Shown here one piece after another: positions 46,996-55,608 of a DNA stretch of 64,000 bases. Location: the NCBI GenBank assembly GCA_963783255.1, contig CAWAMP010000022.1, forward strand, positions 136,118 to 200,117, in the 5' to 3' direction. Below the pieces are notes generated by a model. That model made no database searches. It saw nothing but the letters and a program-made list of their open reading frames with translations, and had not been told where the DNA came from. Made by a program: the position numbers and the translations under genes. The stretch comes from an uncultured Acidobacteriota bacterium. GTDB taxonomy: Bacteria > Acidobacteriota > Vicinamibacteria > Vicinamibacterales > Fen-181. The first letter of the stretch is position 1; each line of letters opens with the position of its first letter.

Positions 46996-47960
46996 AACTG
47001 CCCTCGCTGTTCACTACCGCGGCGCCGTCGGCGGCGATCCGAATCTCGTCGCGCGCCGTGTCGGGCATCACGCTGGGGCACCAGGGCGGCGCTCCGGTCA
47101 TCGCCGCGCACGCCGTCGAGCCGCTCCCGGCGGGAGCCGTCGTCCCCGCCCTGACCAGCCAGAACGTCGCCGACCGGACGGCGGTCGTCCAGGCGATCTC
47201 GCGGGTGCTGGCGCGGCTGGGTGGCCGCTTGCGACGCGTGGCCCTCGTGCTGCCGGATACCATCGCCAAGGTGTCCCTGGTGCGGCTCGACTCGGCGCCG
47301 GCCCGCGCCGACGACCTCGACCAGCTGATTCGGTGGCACGTCCGCAAATCGGCGCCGTTCCCCATCGAGGAAGCGCAGGTGAGCGCGTCGCCCGGCGCGG
47401 TGCTGCCGGGCGGGGGCCGCGAGTTCGTCGTCGCGCTCGCCCGCCGCCAGGTCGTCGGCGAGTACGAGAGTGTCTGCGTCGAGGCGGGCGTTCACGCCGG
47501 TGCCGTTGACATCGCGACGCTCAGCCTGGTCAACGCGGTGCTCGTCGCGGGCAGGGAGGTGGTCGGCGACTGGCTGCTGGTGCACCTCACGCCCGACTAC
47601 GGCAGCATCGTCATCCTGCGCGGGCCCGACCTGATCTTCTTCCGGAACCGTGCGGAGGGCAGCGACGAGAGCCTGCCGGATCTGGTTCATCAGACGGCGA
47701 TGTACTACGAAGACCGGCTCGCGGGCGGCGGCTTCGCGCGCGTGGTGGTCGCGGGAGTCGGAGCCGACGGGAGCCCCTCGGCGACGTCGACGCTCGACGG
47801 CATGCGGCGTCAGATCGAGGCGAAGCTGGGCGTCAAGACGGAAACCGTGGACCCGCAGCGTGTCGCCAGATTCTCGGACCGGATCGCCGCCGACGCAACG
47901 CTGGCGATTACGATTGCCCCCCTGCTCGGCGCGCTGGCCGGCGCGCGCGCCGACGTGTAG
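46992..47960 (+). CDS. pilM: PilM-like actin-fold assembly protein
   Basis: ATG 46992 overlaps the ATPase stop (ATGA). ...VALVLPDTIAKVSLVRLD...LIRWHVRKSAPFPIEEA.... Position is immediately upstream of pilN/pilO. Confidence 0.75.
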
Positions 47961-47970
47961 AGGGTTGCCG

Positions 47971-48540
47971 ATGCTGCGCACCAACCTCTCAACCAGGCCG
48001 TTCTACAACGAGCGCATCGTGCAGATCGCCCTCGGCCTGGCAGCGCTGCTGATGCTCGGCGTGACGGTGTTCAACGTCATCGAGTGGCGGTCGCTCTCCG
48101 AACGGCACGCCAGGCTTCTCGGGCGCGTCGTCGAGGCGGAGCGCCAGGCGGGCACGCTCAGGGTCGAGGCCGATCGCGCGCGGCGGAGCGTGGACCGCGA
48201 AGCGCTCGACCGGGTGGCTGCGGCCGCCCGTCAGGCCAACACACTGATTGACCAGCGGACGTTCTCCTGGACCGAGTTGCTGAACCGGCTCGAGGCCACG
48301 CTGCCCTCGGACGTCCGGGTGCAGTCGGTGCGGCCGGCGGTGGACAAGGAGGGCAGGCTCACGGTGGCGATGGTGGTCTTCGGGCGGCGAGCCGAGGACA
48401 TCGAGCAGTTCATCGAGCAGCTCGAAGGCACCGGGGCGTTCCGGAACGTGGTGTCACGTGCGGAGACGACCAATCCACAGGGGTTGCTGGAAGTGAGCCT
48501 GGAGGGGTGGTACGCCCCGCGGCCGGCGAGGGAGGACTGA
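47971..48540 (+). CDS. pilN: PilN-like bitopic assembly protein
   Basis: MLRTNLSTRPFYNERIV, a single TM segment, a coiled coil, then a ferredoxin-like C-terminus. ATG at 47971 within ORF 47650..48540. Confidence 0.75.
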   Translation: MLRTNLSTRPFYNERIVQIALGLAALLMLGVTVFNVIEWRSLSERHARLLGRVVEAERQAGTLRVEADRARRSVDREALDRVAAAARQANTLIDQRTFSWTELLNRLEATLPSDVRVQSVRPAVDKEGRLTVAMVVFGRRAEDIEQFIEQLEGTGAFRNVVSRAETTNPQGLLEVSLEGWYAPRPARED

Positions 48541-48541
48541 C

Positions 48542-49111
48542 GTGCTGCGACGAGTCCTGCGCGAATACCGCCTCCCCGTGCTGGCGCTGCTCCTCGCGCT
48601 GGTCGTGAACGTCGGCGTCTACGCGGGCATCATCTATCCGCTGGCGTCGCGCGTGGCCGACGCCGACAATCGCGCCGCGCGCGCCGACCGGGCGCTGCGC
48701 GAGGCCAGGCGCGAGTTCGACGCCGCGACGGGCGTCGCCGCGAGCAAGGCGCGGGCGGAGACCGAACTGAAGGCGTTCTACGGCGAGGTGCTGCCCGTCG
48801 ACCTGAGCGCGGCCCACCGGATGACGTATCTCAATCTGGCGCAGCAGGCGCGGAACCACAACCTCCGCGTCGTCCGCCGGACGGCCACCGAGGGGCAGGA
48901 CCGCGACGGCGTACTGAATCGGCTCAGCATCGTCGTCGTGCTCGAGGGCCAGTACGAAGACGTCCGCGCGTTCGTCTACCGGCTGGAGACGTCGCGCGAC
49001 TTCGTGATCATCGACGACGTGGAGCTGGACCAGGTGCGCGACGGGCAGAGTGCGCTCACGTTGAAGATCGAACTGTCCACCTACTACCGGGCATCCGGCC
49101 ATGGCAGCTAA
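48542..49111 (+). CDS. pilO: PilO-like bitopic assembly protein
   Basis: GTG start 1 nt after the pilN stop. A TM segment, a coiled coil (…RAARADRALREARREFD…), then a C-terminal alpha/beta domain. Confidence 0.65.
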   Translation: MLRRVLREYRLPVLALLLALVVNVGVYAGIIYPLASRVADADNRAARADRALREARREFDAATGVAASKARAETELKAFYGEVLPVDLSAAHRMTYLNLAQQARNHNLRVVRRTATEGQDRDGVLNRLSIVVVLEGQYEDVRAFVYRLETSRDFVIIDDVELDQVRDGQSALTLKIELSTYYRASGHGS

Positions 49112-49647
49112 GTCGTCCGCCCGCCAGATCGTGCTGCTGATCGCGCTGGTTGGCGCGTGCCTCGCGGTGCTGGCGTATCAGTTCCGGGGCGGCGGAGCGG
49201 CAGCCCCTGCCGGGCAGCCGCGGGTCGCGCAGCCCGTGGCATCGCGCGCGGCCGCCGCCCGCGACCAGGCGCAGTCAGCCCCGGGCGTCCGACTCACTGC
49301 GCTGAAGGCCGAACGCCCGGTGCCCACGGAAGGCGGGCGGAACCTGTTCCGCGAGAAGCCGAAGGCTCCGCCGCCACCCCCGAAGGTCGCGCCGCCTCCG
49401 CCGCCGGACCCGAACGCGCCGCCCCCGCCGCCGCCCCCGCCGCCCCCGATTACGCTGAAGCTCATTGGGATCGTGCAGGGCTCGGGCCGGCCCATCGCGG
49501 CGCTCACCGACGGAAAGGACGTGTTCTACGGGCGGGAAGGCGAGAATCATCGAAGGTCGGTACCGGATCATCAAGGTGAACGTCGAGAGCATCGACATCG
49601 CCTACGTGGACGGGCGGGGGCAGCGCCGCATCGGGTTGAGCGGATAG
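49101..49647 (+). pseudogene. PilP/GspC-like protein with a polyproline linker, interrupted by a +1 frameshift at ~49545
   Basis: ORF 49101..49712 reads a TM anchor, a Pro-rich linker, then ITLKLIGIVQGSGRPIAALTDGKDVFYGREGE and nonsense. ORF 49465..49647 supplies IIEGRYRIIKVNVESIDIAYVDGRGQRRIGLSG*. Deleting one A of GAGAATC joins them (…REGEIIEGRYRIIKV…). Confidence 0.7.
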
Positions 49648-49708
49648 CCGCCGGACGTCCGGCGGGTGCGGCAGTCCCGCCGCGGCCCGTCTGGATTGGA
49701 GGCCTGGT

Positions 49709-52339
49709 TTGAGAGCCAATCTATTGAGAGCAGCACTCCTGGCGCTGGTCGCCGCCTCCTTTGCCGCGTGCGGTGGGGGCGGAAAGGCCTTCAAGCTCGC
49801 GGACCAGGCCGCGCGCGCCGGCGATTGGGATACGGCCGTGCGTTACTACGAGCAGGCCATCGAAGCCGATCCGAACTCGGCCGAGTACAAGATCGCGCTC
49901 GAGCGCGCCCGGCTCGCGGCGTCCCGCGAGCACCTGACCAAGGCCGGCGAACTCGAGGGAAAGGGAGACCTCGAGGGTGCCGTCGTCGAATACCGGCGGG
50001 TCACCGAATACGACCCGGCCAATCGTCGCGCGGCGGCCAAGGTGACCGCGCTCGAGCAGACACTCCGCGATCGCATCGAGGCGGCGCGCCCGAAACCGGC
50101 GATCGAACAGATGAAGGAGAAGGTCAAGCAGGCGGCGAAGGAGCCGGTGTTGAGCCCGACGTCGCGCCAGCCGCTCGAGGTGAAATTCGCCGCGGGGATG
50201 GCGGTGAAGCAGATTCTGGAGTTCCTCGGGCAGATCAGCGGAATCAACATCCTGTTCGAGTCCACGCTCCAGGAGTCGGCGGTCACGAAGTCGGCGATCG
50301 ACCTCAGCGGCGTCACCCTCGAGCAGGCCCTCACGCTGGTCATGACGTCAAACGGGCTGTTCTACAAGGTAATGAATCCCAAGACGATTCTGGTCATCAC
50401 CGACAACCCGGGGAATCGAACGAAGTACGAAGACCAGGTCATCAAGACAATCCCGCTGTCCCATGCCGAGCCGACCGAGATGCTGGCGCTTCTGAACGGG
50501 ATCATGGGTGCGCAGGCCGGCCAGCAGCCGCCACGGATGCAGATCAACAAGAGCGCGAACAGCATCACCATCCGCGGCAGCGCGTCCGTCGTGGCGATTG
50601 CCGAGCGGGTGATCGAGAACAACGACAAGCCGCGCGCGGAGGTCGTCGTCGACGTCGAGATCCTCGAGGTCAACCGCACGCGAGTCAAACAGTACGGCCT
50701 CAGCCTGTCGAACTATCAGATCGGCCTCGGGTTCTCGCCGGACGCGCCTCCCGGAGGCGGGACGGTCACCGGCGGAACGACGGGCGGGGCGTCCGGCGCA
50801 ACCGGGGGGACCGCGACGGTCGCCGCCACCGGTTTCACGAACCTCAACTCGCTGGTCCACGGCGTCAGCACGACCGATTTCTACGTGGCGTTGCCGTCGG
50901 CCGTCATCAAGTTCCTCGAATCGGACTCGAAGACAAAGCTCATCGCGAAGCCGTCGCTCCGCGGCGCCGAAGGCACGAAGCTCACCGCGAATCTCGGCGA
51001 CGACATTCCCGTGCCGTCCACGAGCTTCATGCCGCTCGTCGCGGGCGGAACGGCCATGAATCCGATGACGTCGTTCACCTACCGGTCGGTGGGCGTCATC
51101 GTGGCGGTGACGCCCCGCGTCACCTACGACGGCGACATCATCCTCGACCTCGAAGTCGAGAGCAGCACGAAGGGCAGCGACGTCAACATCGCGGGACAGA
51201 ACCTGCCGTCCTTCGGGTCGCGGAAGGTCGTGACTCGGATGCGCCTGCGCGACGGCGAGTCGAACCTCCTCGCCGGCCTGCTCCGGGACGACGAGAGGAA
51301 GTCGCTGACCGGCTTCCCGGGCGGCATTCACGTGCCCGTGATCAAGCAGCTCTTCTCGGCCAACGACGAGCAGATCTCGCAGACCGACATCGTCATGCTG
51401 CTCACGCCGCACATCATCAGGACGCAGGCCCTCACCGAGAGGAATCTGCAGGAAATCTACATCGGCACGGCGCAGAACCCGGTGCTCGGCGGCGCGCCGT
51501 CCCTGATTGGACAGACGACAGACCCCGTGACTCCGGAGGCTCCGCCCGCGGGAACGCCGCCGGCCCCCGCCGCTCCTCCGATCACCACGCAGCCGTACGG
51601 AACTCCAGGCGCTGCGCTCGTCGGCGGCGCGCCCGTCGGCCGTCCGACCGCGGCGGGAACGCCCGTCGTACCCCAAGGCGCTTCACCCATCCCGGGGACC
51701 ACGATGATGCCGCCGGCCCAGGCCGCGGCGGCGACGCCGCAGGCGCCGGCCGCGCAGGCCGCGCCTCCGACCGCGACACCGCCGCCAGCCGCGGCTGCGG
51801 CGCAGGCCGGTCCGCCGACCGGGACGCCGCCGCCAGCCGCGGCTCCGGCCGCCGCGCCGACGCCAGCGGGAGCCGCTCAGCCGCCGCCGTCGCCCTACGG
51901 CCTGCCCGCAACGCCGTCGACCGGCACGCCCGCGCAGGTGACGATTTCCGTCCCGGGCCCTGACTGGCGCGTCGGCCAGGGACCGTACACCCTGACGCTC
52001 TCGGCGCTGAACATGACGCGGGTCTCGACGGTCACGCTGACGCTCACCTACAACCCGACCGCGCTCAGGCTGCGATCGCTCCAGGAGGGGAGTTTCATGC
52101 GGGCGGGCGTCCCGAACACGGCCTTCGCCCAGCAGGCAGACAACGCCGGGGGCCGCATCGACATCACCATCAGCCGCAGCGGCGACGTGGTCGGGGCGAG
52201 CGGCAGCGGCCCGCTGGCTGCGGTGGTCTTCGACGCCGTGGCGCCTGGCACCGTGAACTTCAGGGTCAGCGGCGTGGCCAACGGCCCTGGCGGCTCCATC
52301 CCGCTGCAGTTCACACCGTCGACGGTCACGGTGAAGTAG
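49709..52339 (+). CDS. Secretin (GspD/PilQ family) lipoprotein with an N-terminal TPR-like region, a Pro/Ala-rich linker and a C-terminal cohesin-like domain
   Basis: TTG start with GGAGG 6 nt upstream. Lipobox SFAAC. Secretin core (…LIAKPSLRGAEGTKLTANLGDDIPV…IVMLLTPHII). P/A-rich region at ~51480-51930. The last ~135 aa match a cohesin-like pattern (LTLTYNPTALRL…GRIDITISR…GSGPLAAVVFDAVAPGTVNF). Confidence 0.85.
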   Translation: MRANLLRAALLALVAASFAACGGGGKAFKLADQAARAGDWDTAVRYYEQAIEADPNSAEYKIALERARLAASREHLTKAGELEGKGDLEGAVVEYRRVTEYDPANRRAAAKVTALEQTLRDRIEAARPKPAIEQMKEKVKQAAKEPVLSPTSRQPLEVKFAAGMAVKQILEFLGQISGINILFESTLQESAVTKSAIDLSGVTLEQALTLVMTSNGLFYKVMNPKTILVITDNPGNRTKYEDQVIKTIPLSHAEPTEMLALLNGIMGAQAGQQPPRMQINKSANSITIRGSASVVAIAERVIENNDKPRAEVVVDVEILEVNRTRVKQYGLSLSNYQIGLGFSPDAPPGGGTVTGGTTGGASGATGGTATVAATGFTNLNSLVHGVSTTDFYVALPSAVIKFLESDSKTKLIAKPSLRGAEGTKLTANLGDDIPVPSTSFMPLVAGGTAMNPMTSFTYRSVGVIVAVTPRVTYDGDIILDLEVESSTKGSDVNIAGQNLPSFGSRKVVTRMRLRDGESNLLAGLLRDDERKSLTGFPGGIHVPVIKQLFSANDEQISQTDIVMLLTPHIIRTQALTERNLQEIYIGTAQNPVLGGAPSLIGQTTDPVTPEAPPAGTPPAPAAPPITTQPYGTPGAALVGGAPVGRPTAAGTPVVPQGASPIPGTTMMPPAQAAAATPQAPAAQAAPPTATPPPAAAAAQAGPPTGTPPPAAAPAAAPTPAGAAQPPPSPYGLPATPSTGTPAQVTISVPGPDWRVGQGPYTLTLSALNMTRVSTVTLTLTYNPTALRLRSLQEGSFMRAGVPNTAFAQQADNAGGRIDITISRSGDVVGASGSGPLAAVVFDAVAPGTVNFRVSGVANGPGGSIPLQFTPSTVTVK

Positions 52340-52366
52340 GAGAGCGAACAGGACGCAGCGCGCACC

Positions 52367-52876
52367 ATGAACCGCGACGCCAGACGACGATTATCGTGGC
52401 GGGGGGCGCCGGCAGACCGCGCGGGCTACACGTTCGTCGAACTCGTCGTCGTCGGCACGATGCTGCTGATCCTGGCCTCGGCCGTCCTTCCGCTGGCCAG
52501 GGTCACGATTCAGCGCCAGCGGGAGGTCGAGTTGAGGCGGGCGCTCAGGGAGATGCGGGTCGCGATCGATCGGTTCAAGGACGCGGCCGACCAGGGGCTC
52601 ATCGGGTCGACCGATTTGAGGGCGGGCGCCGAAGGGTATCCGGAGGACCTCGAAACACTGGTCGAAGGCGTCCGCATCGTGAACGACGCGTCGGGGCGCA
52701 AGCTGAAGTTCCTCCGCCGCATTCCCATCGACCCGATGACCAGAAGCGCTGAGTGGGGCATGCGATCGTACCAGGACGCGCCGGACGCCACGACCTGGGG
52801 CGGGCAGAACGTCTTCGACGTGTTCACCAAGAGCGGCGGGACCGCGCTCGACGGCACGAAGTACAGGGACTGGTAG
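52367..52876 (+). CDS. GspG-like pseudopilin paralogue
   Basis: Prepilin-type N-terminus ...GYTFVELVVVGTMLLILA. The C-terminus ...DGTKYRDW parallels that of the next gene. Confidence 0.75.
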   Translation: MNRDARRRLSWRGAPADRAGYTFVELVVVGTMLLILASAVLPLARVTIQRQREVELRRALREMRVAIDRFKDAADQGLIGSTDLRAGAEGYPEDLETLVEGVRIVNDASGRKLKFLRRIPIDPMTRSAEWGMRSYQDAPDATTWGGQNVFDVFTKSGGTALDGTKYRDW

Positions 52877-52881
52877 GCGCG

Positions 52882-53302
52882 ATGCTCAGACTTGCCTCGA
52901 TCCGCCGCTGCCGACCTGCCGCCGGTTTCACGCTCATCGAGCTGATGGTGGTCGTCGCCCTCATCTCGGTGCTCGCCGGCATGGGCGTCGTGATGTACCG
53001 AAACCAGGTCCTGCGCACGAAAGAGGCGGTCCTGCGCGAAGACCTCTTCAGGATGCGCGACGCCATCGACCAGGTACTACGCCGACAAGGCGAAGTACCC
53101 GGCCAGCCTCGAAGCGCTCGTCACCGAGGGCTACCTGCGCCAGCTCCCGAAGGACCCGATCACCAACTCCAGCGACACGTGGCAGACCGTCCTCTCGGAG
53201 CCGGACCCCGGCGATCCCACCGCCGAGGCCGGCATCTTCGACGTCAAGAGCGGCTCGGAAGGCACCTCGGTCTTCGACGGCTCGCGCTACGCGGACTGGT
53301 AG
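52882..53302 (+). pseudogene. gspG: Type II secretion major pseudopilin GspG, interrupted by a +1 frameshift at ~53073
   Basis: AGFTLIELMVVVALISVLAG...LREDLFRMRDAIDQ, then nonsense in the frame of ORF 52753..53373. The +1 frame reads YYADKAKYPASLEALVTEGYLRQLPKDPITNSSDTWQ...DGSRYADW*. Deleting one G of CAGGTAC gives AIDQYYADKAKYP. Confidence 0.85.
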
Positions 53303-53462
53303 GACCGGCCCGCGGCCGCTGGCCTGCGGCTCGCGGCGGCGTCGCCCGTCGACTGCCCCCCACCCAAACCTGAACCTCGAGTGCTCCGTCGATTCAATGG
53401 AGCACCGACACGACGTCGACAGCCGCAAGCCAGGAGCCGGAAGGCGAGAGGCGTACGTGCAA

Positions 53463-53484
53463 GGGGCGGCCCGAAAGCCGCCCC
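53463..53484. terminator. GC-rich hairpin between the convergent gspG and Ig/PKD lipoprotein genes
   Basis: GGGGCGGC-ccgaaa-GCCGCCCC (8-bp perfect stem) followed by GTTGTCG. It sits between the stops at 53302 (+) and 53525 (-). Confidence 0.4.
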
Positions 53485-53524
53485 GTTGTCGATGGACTGC
53501 CGATGGGATCGGGTGGTCTTGGCC

Positions 53525-54805
53525 CTACCGGGTCACGGTAATGACGCAGCTGCCGTATCCGGTCCGCGCGCCGCCCGTTGCCGTGACGGTCACGACCACC
53601 TGCTGGCTCGGCTGGCCATTGGGAACGGCCCTGTACGAATGAGAATTGAACGGCGTCGTCGTCGACTCCAGGGTTCCGTCACCGAAGTCCCAGGTGTAGC
53701 TGTCCACGGCTGGGGCACCCGCGTTGGGTGTCGCCGTGAACGAGACCGTCGTGATGTTGACGACTGCCGTCAGCGTGGACGGGTTCACCGTCACGGTGAA
53801 CGGTACCGCCGGGAACACGACGATTGGGACCGACGCGGTCGTGCTCTGTCCGCTCGAGTCGGTGGCCGTCGCAGTCACCGTGAAGGTCCTGGACGTCAGA
53901 TAGACGTGCGGAACGCTGAGCGAGCCCGTCGCGGCGCCCAGGTTGACGCTGGAGCCGTCACCGAACTCTACAATGACGCTGCGAATCGGCGCCGAGCCCG
54001 ACCCGGCCGACACGCTGAGCGCGAAGGTCGATGTCACGCCGACGGACGCCGTGGTTGACGGAGCGGTGAGCGTGACGGTCGGCAACGCGACTGTCGTGAC
54101 CTTCGCCGTGCCCGACTTGGCGCCGACAGTGGCGGTCACCGTCGCCGCCTGGGTCGTGGTCAGCGTGGTCTGCGCCTGGCCGGAACCGTTCGTGAAGGCC
54201 GACACCGGAGAAACCGTCCCCTGGTCCGTGCTGAATGCGACCTGGACCCCCGGGAGCGCGTTGTTGTTGGCGTCGTAGACCGTCGCCGTGATCACCGAGG
54301 TGCCACCCAGCTGCGAGAAGCTGGACGGGCTGGCCGTGAGCACCAGCGTGTTGGCCGCTGCCGCGCCAATCAGGATCGACACTCCGGTGCCTGTGGAGGT
54401 CGTCGTGCCGCCGGTGCCGGTCGACGTCGAGCCGGTCGTCGAACTGGAGCCAGAGTAGGCGTTGATGACCGCCGTGCCGGCCTGCGTCCCCGCGTGGAAG
54501 GTCACCGTCGCCTTGCCGTTCGTCGTGCCGGCCTCGCTGGGCGTCACCGTGCCGAGCGACGTGGTGAAGCTCACCATCGTGCCGTTGTGCACCGCGTAGC
54601 CGCCGGCCTCGAGCACGCTCGCCGAGATCTCGGCGGTGCCGTTGACTGGGAGCACCTGCGTATTCGCCGTCAGCCTGATCGTCGTGCCGGTCGGCGCGGT
54701 GAGCGGCGCCTCGTCGCACGAACCCGACAACGCTGCCATCAGCGCCAGGACGGCCACCGTCGCCGCCCTGCCGCACGTCCCGTTGAGGCGCAGGTTTGGT
54801 ATCAT
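53525..54805 (-). CDS. Lipoprotein with tandem bacterial Ig-like (Big-type) domains and a C-terminal PKD-like domain
   Basis: Lipobox LSGSC. Repeated ~90-aa Thr/Ser/Val-rich beta modules (…NGTAEISASVLEAGG…VTFTTSLGTVTPS…). C-terminal YTWDFGDGT PKD signature. Confidence 0.75.
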   Translation of the reverse strand: MIPNLRLNGTCGRAATVAVLALMAALSGSCDEAPLTAPTGTTIRLTANTQVLPVNGTAEISASVLEAGGYAVHNGTMVSFTTSLGTVTPSEAGTTNGKATVTFHAGTQAGTAVINAYSGSSSTTGSTSTGTGGTTTSTGTGVSILIGAAAANTLVLTASPSSFSQLGGTSVITATVYDANNNALPGVQVAFSTDQGTVSPVSAFTNGSGQAQTTLTTTQAATVTATVGAKSGTAKVTTVALPTVTLTAPSTTASVGVTSTFALSVSAGSGSAPIRSVIVEFGDGSSVNLGAATGSLSVPHVYLTSRTFTVTATATDSSGQSTTASVPIVVFPAVPFTVTVNPSTLTAVVNITTVSFTATPNAGAPAVDSYTWDFGDGTLESTTTPFNSHSYRAVPNGQPSQQVVVTVTATGGARTGYGSCVITVTR

Positions 54806-54829
54806 GGATGTCGATCAGCAGTGTACTAC

Positions 54830-55586
54830 ATGAACAGAACCGGTCAAGCGGGGAACGGGGTCGCGGGGTACGCCATGGCGGCGTTGCTCGTGGCCCTCGC
54901 CGTGATGGCCGTGGCCATGACCATTGCGCTGCCCGCCTGGCGCCACGAGACGCAGCGCGAGAAGGAGGAGGAGCTCATCTTTCGCGGGCGCCAGTACGTT
55001 CGCGCCGTCCAGCTCTTCCAGCGGAGATACGCGGCCGCATACCCGCCTGACGTCGACAGCCTCGTCAAGCAGAAGTTCCTTCGCAGGAAATACACCGACC
55101 CTATGGCGAAAGACGGGGAGTTCGAAATCCTGTACCAAGGCAGCCTCGTCGCCATCAGCCCGGCGCAAAGGCAGGGCGGTTCGCAGCGGGGCCAGGCACC
55201 GGGCGGCGGAGGGGCGAATCGAGATCGGCCAGGCGACCTTCACATTCGACTCCCGTTCGGGTGCCGTGGTTCAGGGGGCGCCGGGCGCGCGTGGAGCCGG
55301 CCCTCGGGGCGGTGTCCTGGGCGTCCGGAGTACGAGCACAGACGAATCGATCCGGACCTACAACGGAGCGACCCACTACAACGAATGGTTGTTCATGTTC
55401 GTGCCGCGGGCCATGGGACCTGGCATGCGAGGCGGTCCCGGAGGTCCCGGCGGCGGAATGCCGGGAGGAGGCCGGCGGGGGCAGGGCATGGGCCCGGTCG
55501 GCGGCGCCCAGGGCGAGCCCGTCGGCCCCGGAGAGCGCGGTGCTGGACGCGGCGGTGGGCGCGGCGGCCGGGGACAGGACTCCTGA
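54830..55586 (+). pseudogene. Pseudopilin-like protein with a Gly/Arg-rich tail, interrupted by a +1 frameshift somewhere in ~55150-55215
   Basis: The frame of ORF 54494..55750 gives MNRTGQAGNGVAG|YAMAALLVALAV...REKEEELIFRGRQYVRAVQLF...DGEFEILYQG...QAPGGGG, then nonsense. The frame of ORF 54924..55586 gives RIEIGQATFTFDS...GVLGVRSTSTDESIRTYNGATHYNEWLFMF...GRGQDS*. Deleting one G of the GGGG run 55211-55214 is one solution. Confidence 0.65.
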
Positions 55587-55608
55587 CGGCATCGAACCCC
55601 GCATCACC

